A stretch of DNA of 64,000 nt from Elusimicrobiota bacterium (GTDB lineage: Bacteria; Elusimicrobiota; Elusimicrobia; UBA1565; UBA9628). Of this stretch, positions 61,967-64,000 are shown in pieces; within the stretch, counting starts at the first letter, position 1, and each line of letters starts with the position of its first letter. Location: the NCBI GenBank assembly GCA_023213235.1, contig CP096137.1:1627047-1691046 (forward strand), in the 5' to 3' direction. Both the position numbers and the translations under genes were made by a program. The notes beneath the pieces were generated by a model. That model searched no databases and had not been told where the DNA came from. It saw only the letters and a list, made by a program, of their open reading frames with translations.

Positions 61967-64000
61967 ATGGCCCGACGCCTCAACCGAATCCTCTCGTCCA
62001 TCCTTTCCGCCGCGATCGTCGTCCTTTCGCTCGGGCTCGACGCGCAGCAAGCCGTCGCCCAGACCTTCACGGGACGTTCCGCTCCCGTCTCGCCCGCGCC
62101 CCAGCTGGGCCTCGGGTCCTCGATCTCTCCCGCGCCGGCCCTCTCTCCGGCCGCCCTGTCGCTGACGGCGCCGAGCCTCCTCGCTCCCTCGCTCGCCTCG
62201 CCCCTGGCGTCGCCGGTCGCCGCCGCGCAGGCGGCGCCCATCGCGCTCAAGCCCGCGACGCCGGCGGCCGCGATCGCCGAGAAGCTCGCCGCCGCGAGCC
62301 CGATCTTGCAGGCCGTCGCCAAGCCCGAGACCGGCGGCGCCTCCGCCGCCACCGCGGGCCGCGCGCTCGAGGACGTCCTCACCGGCGGCCGCTCGGCCGC
62401 CTCGAAGGGCGACGCCGAAGCCGTCGCGGGCGTGACCTCGGCGCTTTCGCCGGTCCTGTCCGCCGCGTCCGCGCCCGAGGCTCCGAAGGCCGGCGCCGCC
62501 GTCCCCGCGGCCGCCCCGGCGCCCGCGGTCCCGCTCACCGCCAAGAACGCTACCTCTTATAAGTGGCGCAAGGCCGCCCTCAAGGCCGTCGCCGCTCTGA
62601 CCGGCGCGGTGTTCTCCGCGCCGCAGATGAGCGCCGCCCACACCGCCCAGGTCATCGCCTCGGCGGCCGACAAGCAGCTCGTCATCTCCGACTTCGACGA
62701 CACCTTGGCCGCCTACAACGCGGTCCTGCCCGAGGAGAAGATCGCCGCGATCCGCGCGATCCGCGCCGCCGGCAAGCACTTCGCGGTCGTCAGCGACCGC
62801 GGCGACGAGAAGCGCAAGGGCTCCACCCAGCTCACCGTCTTCGAGTCGCTCGCGAGCCTCCCCAAGGACGTCACCGAGGGCATGTATGTCGCCGCCAACA
62901 GCGGCGGCCGCCTCTACCAGTATCGCGACGGCGTCCCGGTCAAGGTCTGGGAGGCCGAGCCTCTCGAAGCCGCCAAGCTCGAGACGGTCAAGGAAGCCGC
63001 CGCCGCGACGAAGGCCCGCCTCTCCGAGGCCGGCGTCGAGCAGCACCCCGGCGATTCCCTCAATCCCGCGGAGTCCTTCAACACCTACGGCTACGCGATG
63101 ATGATCAAGGTCGGCGCCGACTCGGCGCAGATGAAGCAGGTCGCGGAGATCATGCGCGAGGAGCTGCTCAAGCGCGGCATCGACGTCGAGGTGTCCGGCC
63201 GCCTGCCCAAGGACCTCGCCAACCCCGGCTACGCGACGTTCTCGATCATCACGAAGACCCCGGCCACCGCGAAGATCGCGGAGCTCCTGAAGATCGCGCC
63301 GTCCGACGCCATCGGCATCGGCGACATGATGTTCGTGCCGCGCAAGCCCAAGAAGGAGTCGTGGCTGACCAAGCTCGGCCTGCGCCTCTCCGGCCTGCCG
63401 CTGGCCGACGTCGGCAACGAGACCGACCGCAACCTCTCGAAGGGCATCCCCGGCGGCCTGATCCTCGGCGTCGGCAACAAGATGGACCCGCGCATCCCCA
63501 ACGGCTGGAACCTGGCCGGCCACGGGCCGTCCGTCACGCAGAAGGTCCTCGAGTCCGTCGCGTCGAAGCCGGCGCGCCTGAAGACCGCTTCCGCCGACGA
63601 CGACAAGGTCGGGACCGGGATCCAGCTCGGCATTCTGGCGCTGATCGTCGGCATGGGCGCGCTCGGCTGGTACACGCTGGCCTCCGTCATCGGCGACCTG
63701 ATCTCGATGGGCGAGCGCGCCCTGCGCGAGGGCATGGAGTTCGGCCCCGACATGGGCTTCTTCCTGGGCGCCACCACGCTCGGCATGGTCGGCATGCTCG
63801 GGCACACGCACCGCCTGCTGACCGACCCCAACGACACCTTCTCTCAGGCCCTCAAGTCCGCGACCGAGGCCGCCGCCGGCTTCGGCGCGAAGGCCGCGGA
63901 CGTGCGCTTCGTCGAGGCGACGGCCTCGACGCCCGTCCATCAGGGGTCGCAGTGGAAGTACACGTTCTCCGCGCCGAATGAAAAGGGCGGAACGAACCTC
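61967..64000 (+). CDS. Secreted HAD-superfamily hydrolase-like protein with Ala/Pro/Ser-rich N-terminal region and C-terminal hydrophobic segment; partial (no stop in window)
   Basis: This ORF is absent from the track because it has no stop in the window; I translated frame 2 by hand and found no stops. Signal/TM segment ILSSILSAAIVVLSLGL. HAD motif I in LVISDFDDTLAAY, with later GIGDMMF. Confidence 0.5.
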   Translation, partial: MARRLNRILSSILSAAIVVLSLGLDAQQAVAQTFTGRSAPVSPAPQLGLGSSISPAPALSPAALSLTAPSLLAPSLASPLASPVAAAQAAPIALKPATPAAAIAEKLAAASPILQAVAKPETGGASAATAGRALEDVLTGGRSAASKGDAEAVAGVTSALSPVLSAASAPEAPKAGAAVPAAAPAPAVPLTAKNATSYKWRKAALKAVAALTGAVFSAPQMSAAHTAQVIASAADKQLVISDFDDTLAAYNAVLPEEKIAAIRAIRAAGKHFAVVSDRGDEKRKGSTQLTVFESLASLPKDVTEGMYVAANSGGRLYQYRDGVPVKVWEAEPLEAAKLETVKEAAAATKARLSEAGVEQHPGDSLNPAESFNTYGYAMMIKVGADSAQMKQVAEIMREELLKRGIDVEVSGRLPKDLANPGYATFSIITKTPATAKIAELLKIAPSDAIGIGDMMFVPRKPKKESWLTKLGLRLSGLPLADVGNETDRNLSKGIPGGLILGVGNKMDPRIPNGWNLAGHGPSVTQKVLESVASKPARLKTASADDDKVGTGIQLGILALIVGMGALGWYTLASVIGDLISMGERALREGMEFGPDMGFFLGATTLGMVGMLGHTHRLLTDPNDTFSQALKSATEAAAGFGAKAADVRFVEATASTPVHQGSQWKYTFSAPNEKGGTNL

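Overview
This is a high-GC (about 70%), densely coding bacterial chromosomal segment with the look of an accessory region. Genes sit in long co-directional operons, and most gene junctions are overlapping GTGA or ATGA stop/start pairs. I found no rRNA, tRNA, CRISPR array or IS element.

Contents from left to right:
- **1 to 3.2 kb:** a RiPP-like cassette on the minus strand. A cysteine-rich secreted protein is followed by an FAD-dependent halogenase carrying a C-terminal PqqD-like RiPP recognition element (RRE), then a PqqE-like radical-SAM enzyme that runs off the window start.
- **3.3 to 10.3 kb:** a TetR regulator with an 18-bp palindromic operator over its own start codon, then a copper-resistance island. 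The island holds a multicopper oxidase fused to a YHS domain, a CusC/TolC-type outer-membrane lipoprotein, a CorE-like ECF sigma factor with a Cys-rich tail, and a P1B-type CopA ATPase with TRASH/YHS N-terminal domains.
- **10.3 to 38.8 kb:** an unusual paralog-rich array of TPR-repeat proteins. It contains five TPR proteins fused to a tetrapyrrole-methylase (TP_methylase) fold domain, one standalone TP_methylase-like protein, four TPR paralogs with a conserved W-M tail, three tandem PhyH-type 2OG dioxygenases, and three DUF4932-like proteins (two with HExxH motifs). It also holds a membrane-domain/TPR fusion and a roughly 1066-aa TPR protein.
- **38.9 to 45.1 kb:** a secreted SGNH-like/TPR protein, an A24 prepilin-peptidase-like membrane protein, a HEXXH-motif protein, a small hypothetical protein and a QueC-like PP-loop ATPase.
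- **45.1 to 46.1 kb:** a RES/Xre toxin-antitoxin pair with a clear sigma70 promoter and operator.
- **46 to 58.7 kb:** fabD, a TPR-sensor Ser/Thr kinase, and an operon of FabH, FabG, FabZ, FabF, a FabV-like reductase, a PlsC/PPTase fusion, a membrane pseudokinase and a class-I aminotransferase.
- **58.7 to 64 kb:** secreted hypothetical proteins, a 29-bp-stem bidirectional terminator, an S8 subtilisin, a direct/inverted-repeat regulatory region with a perfect TATAAT, and a partial HAD-like secreted protein.

Nearly every gene longer than about 1 kb is interrupted by at least one single-base frameshift, usually at a G or C homopolymer run. Several stated coordinates are therefore reconstructions across frame breaks and are approximate to within a few nucleotides.
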